Assembly (NCBI GenBank): GCA_031428115.1
Contig: JANPOS010000070.1
Location: 97,418-161,417, forward strand
Reading direction: 5' to 3'
DNA: 64,000 bases
From: Novosphingobium sp.
GTDB lineage: Bacteria > Pseudomonadota > Alphaproteobacteria > Sphingomonadales > Sphingomonadaceae
The notes beneath the pieces are model-generated. The model was given only the letters and a program-made list of their open reading frames with translations. It did not search any database and was not told where the DNA came from. The position numbers were made by a program, and so were the translations under genes. Position 1 is the stretch's first letter. Every line of letters starts with the position of its first letter. Shown here one piece after another: positions 18,719-28,735 of the stretch.

Positions 18719-20080
18719 ATGCTATGGAATCGCGACATGGATATGCCTCGCCAACGCCCGGTCATCTCCCGTGGGAACGGGGCCGCAAATTCGGCGCGCT
18801 GGCGCGGTGCGCTCGATCTCGTCATAGGTTCGCGCCTGGGCAAGCTGCTCGGCCGCGTCGGGGTTTCCCCGCGCCTGGCCGGCAGCGATGGCCTGCTCGA
18901 TCTTGCCGGAGCCTTGCTTTCACTGCGCGGCCGCGCCTCCGGCCCGGCGCTCGCCTCGGCGTTTTTCGATCTCTATGAGGCCTGCGACCTGGCCGAGCGC
19001 CTTCGCTTCCTCGGGCGGCTTCACGCGCTTTATCCGCGCGATGCGAGCGCAATCGACGCGGCAATCGCGCGCTGGCAGGAAAACCGCGACGAGGCTTCGG
19101 CACAGGCGCTCAATGATGCCAGCGAATCGCCCTGCCACAGGCTGATAACCATGCTCAACCTCGCGCCGGAAGGCACCCGTCGCCTGCTCGCGATGCGCAC
19201 CGACTTGCTGCGCGCGCCCGCTGGCGACAAGGGCCTCAGAGCACTGGATGCCGAATTCGAGGACGCGTTCGAGGCCTGGTTCAACGCCGGCTTCCTCGAG
19301 ATGCGCGCCATCGGCTGGGATACGCCGGCGGCTGTGCTGGAAAAGATCATCCAGTACGAAGCCGTCCATTCGATTTCCGGTTGGGATGATCTGCGCCGGC
19401 GCACCGAGCCGGCCGACCGTCGTTGTTATGGCTTCTTTCACCCACAGATGCCCGATGAGCCGCTGATTTTTGTCGAAGTCGCGCTGACCAGCGGGTTGCC
19501 GAGCGCAATCGGCCAGATCCTCTCGGAAAAGCGCCACGTGGTCGATCCGCGGCTGGCGAGTTCGGCGATTTTCTATTCGATCTCGAACTGCCAGGATGGC
19601 CTGCGCGGCATTCCCTTCGGCAATTTTCTGATCAAGCGCGTCGTTGGCCTGCTCAAGGACGAGCTGCCCCAGCTCAAGACCTTCGCCACGCTCTCGCCGC
19701 TGCCGGGTTTTGCCGCCTGGCTGACAGGCGAACTGGGTGAGAAGGCAAAGCTGCCGGGTGCCGGGCAGCTGCGCGCGCTGGCGGCGAAGTATCTGGTGGT
19801 GGCGCGCTCGGCCAAGGGCAAAGTGATCGATTCGGTGGCGCGCTTCCACCTTGGCAATGGCGCGCGGCTGGAGGCGATCCACGCCGGGGCCGATCCTTCG
19901 CCCAATGGCCTGCGCCAGAGCCAAGGGGTGATGGTCAACTATGTCTACGACCTGGACGAGATCGAGGCGAATCACTTCCAGCTTGCCGAATTGGGCATCG
20001 TGCCCGCCTCCAGGGCGGTTCAGTCGCTGGCTGGGGTCGATCCGGTCAAGGAAGCCAAGCCGGGCAAGCGCGCGGCCTAG
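18719..20080 (+). CDS. malonyl-CoA decarboxylase family protein
   Basis: The length and conserved C-terminal region (FATLSPLPGF...VARFHLGNGARLEAIH...SQGVMVNYVY) match the MCD family. GGAGG lies 6 nt before the ATG. Confidence 0.8.
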   Translation: MLWNRDMDMPRQRPVISRGNGAANSARWRGALDLVIGSRLGKLLGRVGVSPRLAGSDGLLDLAGALLSLRGRASGPALASAFFDLYEACDLAERLRFLGRLHALYPRDASAIDAAIARWQENRDEASAQALNDASESPCHRLITMLNLAPEGTRRLLAMRTDLLRAPAGDKGLRALDAEFEDAFEAWFNAGFLEMRAIGWDTPAAVLEKIIQYEAVHSISGWDDLRRRTEPADRRCYGFFHPQMPDEPLIFVEVALTSGLPSAIGQILSEKRHVVDPRLASSAIFYSISNCQDGLRGIPFGNFLIKRVVGLLKDELPQLKTFATLSPLPGFAAWLTGELGEKAKLPGAGQLRALAAKYLVVARSAKGKVIDSVARFHLGNGARLEAIHAGADPSPNGLRQSQGVMVNYVYDLDEIEANHFQLAELGIVPASRAVQSLAGVDPVKEAKPGKRAA

Positions 20081-20090
20081 TTCCTGCGGC

Positions 20091-20660
20091 TCAGTGCCCC
20101 GGAAATTCCATCAGTGAGTGCACGGCGATCCCAGCCCCGCGCAACCTGTCCGCACCGCCGAGGTCAATCAGGTCAATCGCAAACAGCGCGGTATCAACCA
20201 CTGCGCCGGCCTGGCGCAGCAGCTGCGCGGCGGCGAGCGCGGTGCCGCCGGTGGCGATCAGGTCGTCGATCAGCACGACGCGTTGTCCTGCCTGCACCGC
20301 GCCGGGATCCAGTTCGAGCGTGCCGGTGCCATATTCGAGCGCATAGTCGAGCGCGAGCACCGGCACCGGCAGCTTGCCGGGCTTGCGCACCGGCACGAAG
20401 CCCAGCTCCAGCGCCACTGCGACCGCCGCACCAAACACAAAGCCGCGCGCCTCGATCCCGGAAATCGCCTCGGCACCCGCTGCGCGGGCAGCTTCGGCGA
20501 GGAGCGCCACTGACGCGGCAAGCCCCGGGCCGTCGCCGATCAGCGTGGTGATGTCGCGGAACAGGATGCCGGCTTGCGGAAAGTCCGGCACAGTCCGGAC
20601 CAGGTTTTTCAGATCATCAGCGGTCACGAATGGTTCCCCGAAAACAAACGCCCCTCGCAT
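20091..20660 (-). CDS. apt: adenine phosphoribosyltransferase
   Basis: It has VPDFPQAGILFRDITTL and the PRPP motif VVLIDDLIATGGTA. The true start may be the internal GTG near 20627. Confidence 0.9.
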   Translation of the reverse strand: MRGAFVFGEPFVTADDLKNLVRTVPDFPQAGILFRDITTLIGDGPGLAASVALLAEAARAAGAEAISGIEARGFVFGAAVAVALELGFVPVRKPGKLPVPVLALDYALEYGTGTLELDPGAVQAGQRVVLIDDLIATGGTALAAAQLLRQAGAVVDTALFAIDLIDLGGADRLRGAGIAVHSLMEFPGH

Positions 20661-20701
20661 CCGGGGATGGAGGGGCGCTGGTTAGCCAAATTCTGCGCAG
20701 A

Positions 20702-21538
20702 TCAATGTTTCTCGTCGGCCCAGACGTTGCGATAGGCCATGAACGAGAGGATCGTGGCGAACAGCAGGAATCCGAGCACCGGCCAGCCGGTCTGCTTGCG
20801 CTTGGCCAGCTTGGGCTCGGCGGTCCACACGAGGAAGGCCGAGACATCCTTGGACATCTGGTCAACCGTCGCCTTGGTGCCGTCCGAATAGGTCACCTGC
20901 CCTTCGCCGGTCAGCGGCGGGGCCATGGCGATGTTGAGATTTGCGAAATAGGGGTTGAAGTGCAGCCCTTCGCCGGTCTTGGCATCGGGATACAGCTTGA
21001 GAAGCTCTTCACCCTGCTCATTCTTGTAACCCGCCTGGTCCTTGTAACCGGTCAGCAGCGAATAGACATAAGCACCGCCGCCGTGACGTGCCTTCGTCAT
21101 CAGCGAGAGATCAGGCGGAACGCCGAGCGCGGCATAGGGCACCGGCGGGAACTTGTCGGAGACGAGGCCCGGTTTGGTCGTCACTTCGCCGGTCTTGGGG
21201 TCATAGTGCGGGACTTGCGCCTTGGCGGCGATCGCCTTCACTTCGTCCTCGTTATAGCCCAGCGCGGCAAGATCGCCGTAAGCGACCTGGCTCAGTGAAT
21301 GGCAGGCGGCGCAGACTTCCTGATAGACCTGGAAACCGCGCTGCAGCTGCTGGTTGTCGAAATGGCCGAAAGCCCCGTCGCTGGCGAGATGCAGGTTCTT
21401 GGGGTGCGTGATGTGAAACCCGCGCTCGACCGACTTGGGCAAGCCTTCCGAGGCGAACTGGATCCCGCCCAAGAGCAGCGACCAGGCGAGCGCGGCCACG
21501 AAGAACAGACCGGCGAGGAGGGAGAGGATACGGATCAT
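20702..21538 (-). CDS. petC: cytochrome c1 (bc1 complex)
   Basis: It has the CAACHS heme c motif and a C-terminal TM anchor. It lies downstream of cytochrome b. Confidence 0.92.
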   Translation of the reverse strand: MIRILSLLAGLFFVAALAWSLLLGGIQFASEGLPKSVERGFHITHPKNLHLASDGAFGHFDNQQLQRGFQVYQEVCAACHSLSQVAYGDLAALGYNEDEVKAIAAKAQVPHYDPKTGEVTTKPGLVSDKFPPVPYAALGVPPDLSLMTKARHGGGAYVYSLLTGYKDQAGYKNEQGEELLKLYPDAKTGEGLHFNPYFANLNIAMAPPLTGEGQVTYSDGTKATVDQMSKDVSAFLVWTAEPKLAKRKQTGWPVLGFLLFATILSFMAYRNVWADEKH

Positions 21539-21565
21539 GGGATGGTCTTTCCGTCTCGCTGAGGT

Positions 21566-22849
21566 TCAGGCCGACTTGCCGAGGGCAGCGCCCTCATCCT
21601 TGCCGAGCACGCTTTCGGTGATCGAGAAAGGCAGCGGCTCCGGGCGTTCGATCGACGAGACGAGCGGCAAGATGATGAGGAAGTGGGCGAAATAATACAG
21701 CGAGGCCAGCTGGCTGAGCATGACATAGGGCTCTTCAGCCGGAGCGCCGCCGCAATAGAACAACACTGCCATCGACGGGATCAGGCCGAAGAAGAAGAAC
21801 TTCTTGAACATCGGGCGATAGAAACCCGAACGCACCGGCGACTTGTCGAGCCAGGGCAGCAGGAACCAGATCAGGATCGAGCCGAACATCGCCAGCACGC
21901 CGAGCAGCTTGGCCGGGATGAACAGGAAGTCGAACGTGAAGGCGCGCAAAATCGCGTAGAATGGCCAGAAATACCATTCGGGCACGATATGCGCCGGGGT
22001 GCTCATCGGGTTGGCCGGGATGTAGTTGTCCGGGTGGCCAAGCATGTTGGGCGCAAAGAACACCACGGCGCAGTAGATGAACAGGAAAGCGAGCGCCGCC
22101 CAGCCATCCTTGGCGATGAAATAGGGGAAGAAGGGAATCGTGTCGCTCTCGCTCTTCACTTCGACGCCGGTCGGGTTCGAGGAGCCCGGAATATGCAGCG
22201 CCCAGATATGCAGCACGACCACGCCAACGATGACGAACGGCAGCAGATAATGCAGCGAGAAGAAGCGGTTGAGCGCGGCGTTATCCGGCGCAAAGCCGCC
22301 CAGCAGCCAGGTCTGGATCGGCTCGCCGACCAGCGGGATTGCGCCGAACAGGCCGGTGATGACCTTGGCGCCCCAGAAGCTCATCTGGCCCCACGGCAGC
22401 ACATAGCCCATGAAGGCGGTTGCCATCATCAGCAGGAAGATAACCACGCCAAGCAGCCAGATCATCTCGCGCGGGGCCTTGTAGGAGCCGAAGAAGAAGC
22501 CGCGGAAAATGTGGATGTAGATCACCACAAAGAAGGCCGAGGCGCCGTTGGCGTGGGCATAGCGCATCAGCCAGCCCCAGTTGACGTTGCGCATGATGTG
22601 CTCGGTCGAATCGAAGGCAACCGCCGCATTGGCGGCATAATGCATCGCCAGGACAATCCCGGTGACGATCTGGATGCCGAGGCAGATCAGCGCCAGGAAG
22701 CCGAAGTTCCACCAGTAATTGATGTTGCGCGGCACCGGATAGCCCGCGCCGATCGCGTTATAGACGAAGCGCGGCAGCGGCAGCCGGTCATCCATCCACT
22801 GCATGAACGGGTGGCTGGGGGTATATTCCTTGGCCCAGGGAAAGCTCAT
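21566..22849 (-). CDS. petB: cytochrome b (bc1 complex)
   Basis: It is a 427-aa polytopic protein with [24 protein letters not shown] and [13 protein letters not shown] motifs. Confidence 0.95.
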   Translation of the reverse strand: MSFPWAKEYTPSHPFMQWMDDRLPLPRFVYNAIGAGYPVPRNINYWWNFGFLALICLGIQIVTGIVLAMHYAANAAVAFDSTEHIMRNVNWGWLMRYAHANGASAFFVVIYIHIFRGFFFGSYKAPREMIWLLGVVIFLLMMATAFMGYVLPWGQMSFWGAKVITGLFGAIPLVGEPIQTWLLGGFAPDNAALNRFFSLHYLLPFVIVGVVVLHIWALHIPGSSNPTGVEVKSESDTIPFFPYFIAKDGWAALAFLFIYCAVVFFAPNMLGHPDNYIPANPMSTPAHIVPEWYFWPFYAILRAFTFDFLFIPAKLLGVLAMFGSILIWFLLPWLDKSPVRSGFYRPMFKKFFFFGLIPSMAVLFYCGGAPAEEPYVMLSQLASLYYFAHFLIILPLVSSIERPEPLPFSITESVLGKDEGAALGKSA

Positions 22850-22860
22850 GTTGGGTTACC

Positions 22861-23454
22861 TCAGCCGATCTTGACGACAGTGTCGGATGTGAAAGCGTAT
22901 TCGGGAACCAGCAGGTTCGTCGGAGCCGGGCCTTTGCGGATGCGCGCGGCGGTATCGTAGTGCGAGCCGTGGCAAGGGCAGAAATAGCCGCCAAACTCGC
23001 CCTTGACTTCGCCATCGGCCGCGCCCTGCGGCACACAGCCCAGATGGGTGCACACGCCCATGGTGATCAGCCAGTTTTCGTGGCCTTCCTTGGTCCGCTC
23101 GGCCAGCGTCTGCGGATCGCGCAGGCTGGAGATATCAACCTTGTTGGCCGCTGCAATCTCTGCTGCGGTCAGGTTGCGGAGGAACACCGGCTGCTTGCGG
23201 AACACGCCCTTGATCGCCTGCCCCGGCTTGATCGCGGAGATATCGATCTCGGTGGAGCTTGCGGCCAGCACGTCCGCCGATGGTGCCATCTGGCTGATCA
23301 GCGGCACCAGTGTGGCCAGAGCGCCGACGCCCGCTGCGGAAACCGCCGCGATATTGATGAAATCGCGCCGCCGCACGCCTGCTCCGGCGCCTTCCCCGGC
23401 AACCTGCTCTGGAGTGGCCCCATTCTGAACGACGGCGCCCGCATCTTGTGCCAT
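22861..23454 (-). CDS. petA: ubiquinol-cytochrome c reductase Rieske iron-sulfur subunit
   Basis: It has the Rieske motifs CTHLGC and CPCHGS and a Tat-like RRRDFI. I moved the start to the ATG at 23454; the 57-codon upstream extension is Arg-rich and unlikely to be translated. Confidence 0.9.
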   Translation of the reverse strand: MAQDAGAVVQNGATPEQVAGEGAGAGVRRRDFINIAAVSAAGVGALATLVPLISQMAPSADVLAASSTEIDISAIKPGQAIKGVFRKQPVFLRNLTAAEIAAANKVDISSLRDPQTLAERTKEGHENWLITMGVCTHLGCVPQGAADGEVKGEFGGYFCPCHGSHYDTAARIRKGPAPTNLLVPEYAFTSDTVVKIG

Positions 23455-23666
23455 GATCGACCTTGCCCTGCTCTGCTTGGCCCGCGCCGGAATGGTGGCG
23501 AAGTCCGAAATACCGAAGGTTCTGCGCCAGAGGAACCCCCCTGCTCGCCTGACCTGCGACGACAGCCTAGGCTGCCATCGGAACCGGTTTGGCGCGCTGA
23601 TAGACGCGAAAATTCCGCCTGCCAACCTGCTTTTTAGCCTTTTTCAACGATGATCGCCGGGCGGGC

Positions 23667-24434
23667 TCAGGCAAGCCCGATCAACGAAATCTGGCGGCCA
23701 TAGGCAGGTTCGCCAGCCAGGCTGGCGCGGCGATAGGAATAGAAGCAATCCGGCGCGGTGAGTGTGTCCCGGCCCAGCCGCTCGACCTGGCCGATCCCGG
23801 CCGATTCGAGGCGGCTGGCAACATAGCCTTCGAGGTCGAACTGCCAGTGACCGGGCCGCCCGGCGGCAAAAAACCGCGCATTGCCTGGAGCCGCATCGGC
23901 AAAGCGCGCACGGAAGCCGTCGTCAACCTCGTAGCTCGCCTGGGCGATGCATGGTCCGATCGCGGCGGCAATCCGTGCGCGGCTCGCGCCCAGTGCTTCC
24001 ATCGCGGCAATCGCCGCATCGGTCACGCCGCCCAGCGCACCCTTCCAGCCTGCATGTACCGCGCCGATTACGCCCGCTGCCTGGTCGGCCAGAAGCACCG
24101 GGGCACAATCGGCGGTCAGGATACCGAGCAACAGCCCGGGCCGGTCGGTCACCATGGCGTCGGCCTCGGGCCGGTCGGCGTCGTCCCATGGTTCGCTCAC
24201 GGTGACGCAGAGCGGTGAATGGATCTGGTAGAGCCCCACCAGCCGCGCAGCCGGCAGCACCGCATTGGCAGCGCGCGCCCGGTTCTCGGCGATGGCTGCA
24301 GGATCGTCGTCCGAGCCGAGTCCCGTATTGAGCCCGGCCACCAGCCCCCCCGAAACCCCGCCGCGCCGGCCGAGGAAACCATGCGGCACGCCCTCCAGCG
24401 CCGAGGCGCGGATCACGTCTGGCGTGTCAGCCAA
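23667..24434 (-). CDS. pgeF: peptidoglycan editing factor PgeF / YfiH laccase-domain protein
   Basis: It has the DUF152-family motifs GFLGRRGGVS, QIHS, TADCAPVL and HAGWKG. It overlaps the pepN stop by 8 nt. Confidence 0.85.
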   Translation of the reverse strand: MADTPDVIRASALEGVPHGFLGRRGGVSGGLVAGLNTGLGSDDDPAAIAENRARAANAVLPAARLVGLYQIHSPLCVTVSEPWDDADRPEADAMVTDRPGLLLGILTADCAPVLLADQAAGVIGAVHAGWKGALGGVTDAAIAAMEALGASRARIAAAIGPCIAQASYEVDDGFRARFADAAPGNARFFAAGRPGHWQFDLEGYVASRLESAGIGQVERLGRDTLTAPDCFYSYRRASLAGEPAYGRQISLIGLA

Positions 24435-27039
24435 GGCTCTTGCTCACTTGCTCGCGGGTATCGCGCGACAAGTTCGCGCTGGCGGCAATCCGCTCAAGCT
24501 CCGCGCGCATCATGCCTGAACGCTGCGGCTCGATTCGCCGCCAGCGCCCCAGCGGGGGCACAAACCGGGCTGCTGTCTGCGCGTTGACCGGATCGAGCGC
24601 GAGGATCAGATCGGCGATGAGCCGGTAGCCCTCGCCGCCCGGGTCATGGAACGCCTTGGAGTTGACCGCCATCGCCATCCACAGCGCGCGCACCCGGTTA
24701 GGGTTGGCCATGGTGAAATCGGGATGGCTGGCCAGCGTCTTCACGTGATCCAGCACATCAGAATGGAGCGAGCCCGCCTGCAATGAGAACCACTTGTCGA
24801 TGACCAGCGCATTGTCCCGATGGCGATCATGGAAGTCAGCCAGCGCGGCCTTGCGTTCAGGGCTGTCGAGCCCGCACAGCACCATCAGCGCGCCCTGCCG
24901 GTCGGTCATGTTGTCGGCACGGTCATATTGCTGTGCAGCGCGGCGGGCGGCCTCTTTCGGCGATCCGGCAGCGAGATAGACCAGCGCCTGGGTCTTGAGC
25001 TTGCGCGCGCCCCGCGCATCGGCGTCGCGCGAATACGGCACGGCGCTGGCCCGGTCGTGCAGCCCAGCGAGCCGGTCGGCGAGGCTCTGGCCCAGCCAGG
25101 CCTTGAGCGCCTCGCGCTGCGCGTGGATCGTGCCGGGATCGGCGACTGCCAGCTGCTCGGCAAGATAGGCCTCGGCGGGCAGGATCATCAGCTCGCCGCG
25201 CATCAGGTCGTCAAGGCCTGCATCATCGATCACTGCGGCCAATGCCTCGCCAATGGCTTCGCGGCCTGCCGTATCGCCGGTTTCCACTGCCGCGATCAGA
25301 TGTTGCACGACCAGGCTCTGCATCGCCTCATAGCGGGCGAAGGGATCATCGTCCTTGGCGGCGAGGAACACCAGATCGGCAGCTGTCAGCCCGGCATCGA
25401 CTGCCACCGGCGCGGAAAAGCCGCGATTGATCGAGAGCACCGGGGCTGCGGCAAACCCGGGAAACCGCAGCGTGTCTTCGGCTTTGTCCAGCACCACCAG
25501 CTGCTCGCCGAAATGCTTGCCGCTTGCCGGATCAAACAGCGCGAGGCGCAGCGGGATCGGCACGGGGAGCTTGTCCGGCTGCCCGGGCGTGGGCGGCACA
25601 CTTTGCTTGAGGTGCAGCGTTGCAGTGTCGCCTTCATGGCTCAACCGCGCGGAGACATGCGGAGTTCCGGCCTGCGAATACCAGCGGCGGAACTGCGTCA
25701 GGTCCAGCCCGGCGCCGTCTTCGATGGCCTTCACAAAGTCTTCGCAAGTCGCCGCCTCGCCGTCGTGGCGCGCGAAATAGAGGTCGGTGCCCGCGCGGAA
25801 ACGCTCCGGCCCGGCGCCAAAATTCGCAAGCGTGCGCATCATGCGGATGACCTCGGCGCCTTTGTTATACACCGTGGCGGTGTAGAAGTTGGAGATTTCC
25901 TGAAAGGCATCGGGCCGGATCGGATGGGCGAGCGGGCCTGAATCCTCGGGAAACTGCGCCGAGCGCAGCACGCGCACATCCTCGATCCGCTTGACCGCCT
26001 CGCTGCCCATGTCGGCGCTGAACAGCTGGTCGCGCAGCACGGTGAAGCCTTCCTTCAGTGAGAGCTGGAACCAGTCGCGGCAAGTCACGCGGTTGCCTGA
26101 CCAGTTGTGGAAATACTCATGGCCGATCACCGCTTCGATGCCATCATAATCGGCGTCGGTCGCGGTTTCGGGGTCGGCAAGGACATAGCGCGTGTTGAAC
26201 ACGTTGAGGCTCTTGTTTTCCATTGCCCCCATGTTGAAATCGGAGACGGCGACGATGTTGAATAGCTCAAGGTCGTATTCGCGGCCGAAGGCTTCTTCGT
26301 CCCATTTCATCGAGGCGATCAGCGAGGCCATGGCGTGGCTGGTGCGGTCCTCGTCGCCGGCACGCACCCAGATGGCGAGATCGACCTTGCAGCCGCTCAT
26401 CGTCGTGAACTCGGCGGTGTTGGCCACGAGTTGCCCGGCGACCAGCGCGAACAGGTATGCCGGCTTGGGCCAGGGATCGTGCCATTCGGCCCAGTGCGCG
26501 CCATTTTCACCGTCGCCGCGCGCGGTGCAGTTGCCATTGGACAGCAGCACCGGGAACTCCGCCTTGTCGCCGCTCATCCGCACCCGGTAGATCGACAGGA
26601 CATCGGGCCGGTCGGGGAAAAAGGTGATCCGGCGGAAGCCCTCCGCCTCGCACTGGGTGCACAGCATCCCGCCCGAGGCATAGAGCCCCATCAGCTGTGA
26701 ATTTGCCGCCGGGTTGATTGCGGTCTCAACGTTGATTTCATGCGCATCGCCGTCCAGATCAATCAGCAGGTCGGAGCCATCCATCCGCCATGCGTTCGAT
26801 TCGCGTCCGTCGACCATGACCAGCCGCGCAGCGATGCCGTCGCCATTGAGGCGGATCGTCGTCTCGGCAGCAGCATCGGGATTGCGCCGCACCGACAGGC
26901 GCGCAGAAACCGTGGTCGCATCGAGCCCGAGCGCGAAATCGAGAGATACCTCGGGCACCAGCCAGGCGGGCGGGCGGTAGTCCTCGCGGCGGATGGTGAC
27001 GGGCGGGGCGGGGGCTTCGAGCGAGTTGGCGATATCCAT
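24427..27039 (-). CDS. pepN: aminopeptidase N
   Basis: It has the GAMEN exopeptidase motif and HEYFHNW...E zinc motif, and is 870 aa long. Confidence 0.95.
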   Translation of the reverse strand: MDIANSLEAPAPPVTIRREDYRPPAWLVPEVSLDFALGLDATTVSARLSVRRNPDAAAETTIRLNGDGIAARLVMVDGRESNAWRMDGSDLLIDLDGDAHEINVETAINPAANSQLMGLYASGGMLCTQCEAEGFRRITFFPDRPDVLSIYRVRMSGDKAEFPVLLSNGNCTARGDGENGAHWAEWHDPWPKPAYLFALVAGQLVANTAEFTTMSGCKVDLAIWVRAGDEDRTSHAMASLIASMKWDEEAFGREYDLELFNIVAVSDFNMGAMENKSLNVFNTRYVLADPETATDADYDGIEAVIGHEYFHNWSGNRVTCRDWFQLSLKEGFTVLRDQLFSADMGSEAVKRIEDVRVLRSAQFPEDSGPLAHPIRPDAFQEISNFYTATVYNKGAEVIRMMRTLANFGAGPERFRAGTDLYFARHDGEAATCEDFVKAIEDGAGLDLTQFRRWYSQAGTPHVSARLSHEGDTATLHLKQSVPPTPGQPDKLPVPIPLRLALFDPASGKHFGEQLVVLDKAEDTLRFPGFAAAPVLSINRGFSAPVAVDAGLTAADLVFLAAKDDDPFARYEAMQSLVVQHLIAAVETGDTAGREAIGEALAAVIDDAGLDDLMRGELMILPAEAYLAEQLAVADPGTIHAQREALKAWLGQSLADRLAGLHDRASAVPYSRDADARGARKLKTQALVYLAAGSPKEAARRAAQQYDRADNMTDRQGALMVLCGLDSPERKAALADFHDRHRDNALVIDKWFSLQAGSLHSDVLDHVKTLASHPDFTMANPNRVRALWMAMAVNSKAFHDPGGEGYRLIADLILALDPVNAQTAARFVPPLGRWRRIEPQRSGMMRAELERIAASANLSRDTREQVSKSLG

Positions 27040-27083
27040 GGCTGCTATCTAGACCAAGCCGGAACGATTGCTAGGGTCCGCCA

Positions 27084-27920
27084 ATGCCCCGCATGTTCAT
27101 CTTCGGCCTCGGCTACACTTCCTTGCGCATTGCCCGCCTGCTGGAAGCACGCGGCTGGGAAGTGGTCTCGACCGGGCGCGAGGGCACGCTGTCGTTCGAT
27201 GACGCAGGCTCGGTGCGGCTGGCGCTGGCGGATAGCAGCCACGTGCTCTCCTCGGTCCCGCCGGGCGGGGAGGGGCTCGATCCGGTGCTGGATGCCTATG
27301 GCGATTCGCTCGGCGGCAAATGGCTGGGCTATCTCTCCTCGACCGGGGTCTATGGTGACACCGGCGGCGCGTGGGTCGATGAAAGCGCGCCCACCGGCAC
27401 CGGTCGCCGCACGGCGCGCGCTGACTGCGATGGCGAGTGGCTGGCGCTGGGCGCAAGAACCTTTCGCTTGCCGGGGATCTATGGACCCCGCCGCAGCGCA
27501 CTGGACCGGGTGCGCGAGGGAAAGGCCCACCGGATTGCCATTCCCGGTCAGGTGTTCAGCCGCATCCACGTCGATGACATCGCCTCAGGCGTGCTCGCCG
27601 CGCTCCAAGCGCCGCCGGGTGCCTACAATCTCGCCGACGATCTGCCGTGCAGCCAGAACGCGGTGATCGAGGAAGCCTGCCGCTTGGCTGGACTACCCGC
27701 GCCGCCGCTCCAGTCGCTGGACGAAGCCGGCCTTTCCCCCATGGCGCGTGCTTTCTATGCCGAAAACCGCCGCGTGGCCTCCGGCAAGGCCAAGCGCGTG
27801 CTCGGCTGGTGCCCGCTTTATCCGACTTACCGCGAGGGACTGCGCGCGCTGGTCAACGCGGTCACCAGCCCGGCCAGCGCCAGCAGCGATCCGGCAATCG
27901 CCAGCGGCGTCCAGCGATAG
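27084..27920 (+). CDS. NAD(P)-binding epimerase/SDR-like protein
   Basis: It has an N-terminal Rossmann beginning MFIFGLGYTS, a GVYGD segment and a RIHVDDIA motif typical of the atypical-SDR / NAD-dependent epimerase fold. Its 3' end overlaps the convergent EamA gene by 94 nt. Confidence 0.7.
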   Translation: MPRMFIFGLGYTSLRIARLLEARGWEVVSTGREGTLSFDDAGSVRLALADSSHVLSSVPPGGEGLDPVLDAYGDSLGGKWLGYLSSTGVYGDTGGAWVDESAPTGTGRRTARADCDGEWLALGARTFRLPGIYGPRRSALDRVREGKAHRIAIPGQVFSRIHVDDIASGVLAALQAPPGAYNLADDLPCSQNAVIEEACRLAGLPAPPLQSLDEAGLSPMARAFYAENRRVASGKAKRVLGWCPLYPTYREGLRALVNAVTSPASASSDPAIASGVQR

Positions 27921-28735
27921 CCTTCCAGCAGGGTCGAAAGCCCCATGGCCAAAACCACCACGACAATCGAATTGTAGGCCGCCCGCCCCGCGCCGATATC
28001 GCGCACCAGCTTGAAATAGAGCGGGAAAGTGACCACCGATCCGGCCAGCGCCAGATAGGTCGCGCCCGCCCAATAGACCGGATCGCGCGGCAGCACCGGC
28101 GGTCCGTGCAGAGCCCAGGCCATGCTGGCGTCGATAGCCACGCCATAGGCCATCGACCATGCCAGCAGGCTCGCCATCGGCACCGAGCGGCCGGTCTCGT
28201 TCGCCTGGACGACATTGGCCACCGCCGCCGCAAGCAGACCGCCGGTCGCCAGCGCCACTCCCAGCCAGACATTGCCGTCCACCGGGGCCGCGCGCGCTTC
28301 GTTGACCAGCAGCAGCGCCATGCCGGCGATGGCGAGCAGGCTGCCGAGGGCAAACCGCGCGGAGATCCGCTGGCCCAGCAGCAGCCAGCCGAGCGCCGCA
28401 TTGGGCACCAGCAACAGCCCGAGCAGCAGCGCGACAATCCCCGAAGTCAGATGCCGTTCGGCCTCATAGACGAACATGTAGTTGCCGCAGAACTGGGTCA
28501 GCCCGATCAGCATGGCGAGCCGGTGGGCTTTCGCCCCCATGGCCAGCCGATTGCCCATCAACAGGGCTACCAGCGCCATCGCCGGGGTGGCGATCACGAA
28601 GCGATAGGTGACCGACCAGGCCGCCGGCACATCACCGATCTGGGTGGTAATCGTCCACCAGGTCGAGCCCCAGATCAGCGCGGTCAGCGCAAACGGCACC
28701 ACGATTGCGGGGCGCAGCAGCGAGGGCGGGTTCAC
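27827..28735 (-). CDS. DMT (EamA) family transporter
   Basis: It has about ten TM helices in two EamA repeats. I moved the start to the GTG at 28735, which forms a GTGA overlap with the upstream stop. Confidence 0.8.
   Translation of the reverse strand: MNPPSLLRPAIVVPFALTALIWGSTWWTITTQIGDVPAAWSVTYRFVIATPAMALVALLMGNRLAMGAKAHRLAMLIGLTQFCGNYMFVYEAERHLTSGIVALLLGLLLVPNAALGWLLLGQRISARFALGSLLAIAGMALLLVNEARAAPVDGNVWLGVALATGGLLAAAVANVVQANETGRSVPMASLLAWSMAYGVAIDASMAWALHGPPVLPRDPVYWAGATYLALAGSVVTFPLYFKLVRDIGAGRAAYNSIVVVVLAMGLSTLLEGYRWTPLAIAGSLLALAGLVTALTSARSPSR

Noticed and set aside
23455-23625. N-terminal extensions suggested by the ORF track: petA to 23625, gpx to 6653, aqpZ from 17856, P450 to 36760, CrtI-like to 38495, glk from 38269, EamA to 28789 and virB6 to 62271.
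   Set aside because: The extensions are Arg-rich or overlap neighbouring genes. Internal ATG, GTG or TTG codons with better Shine-Dalgarno sequences, signal peptides, or 4-nt start/stop overlaps give proteins of normal family length.
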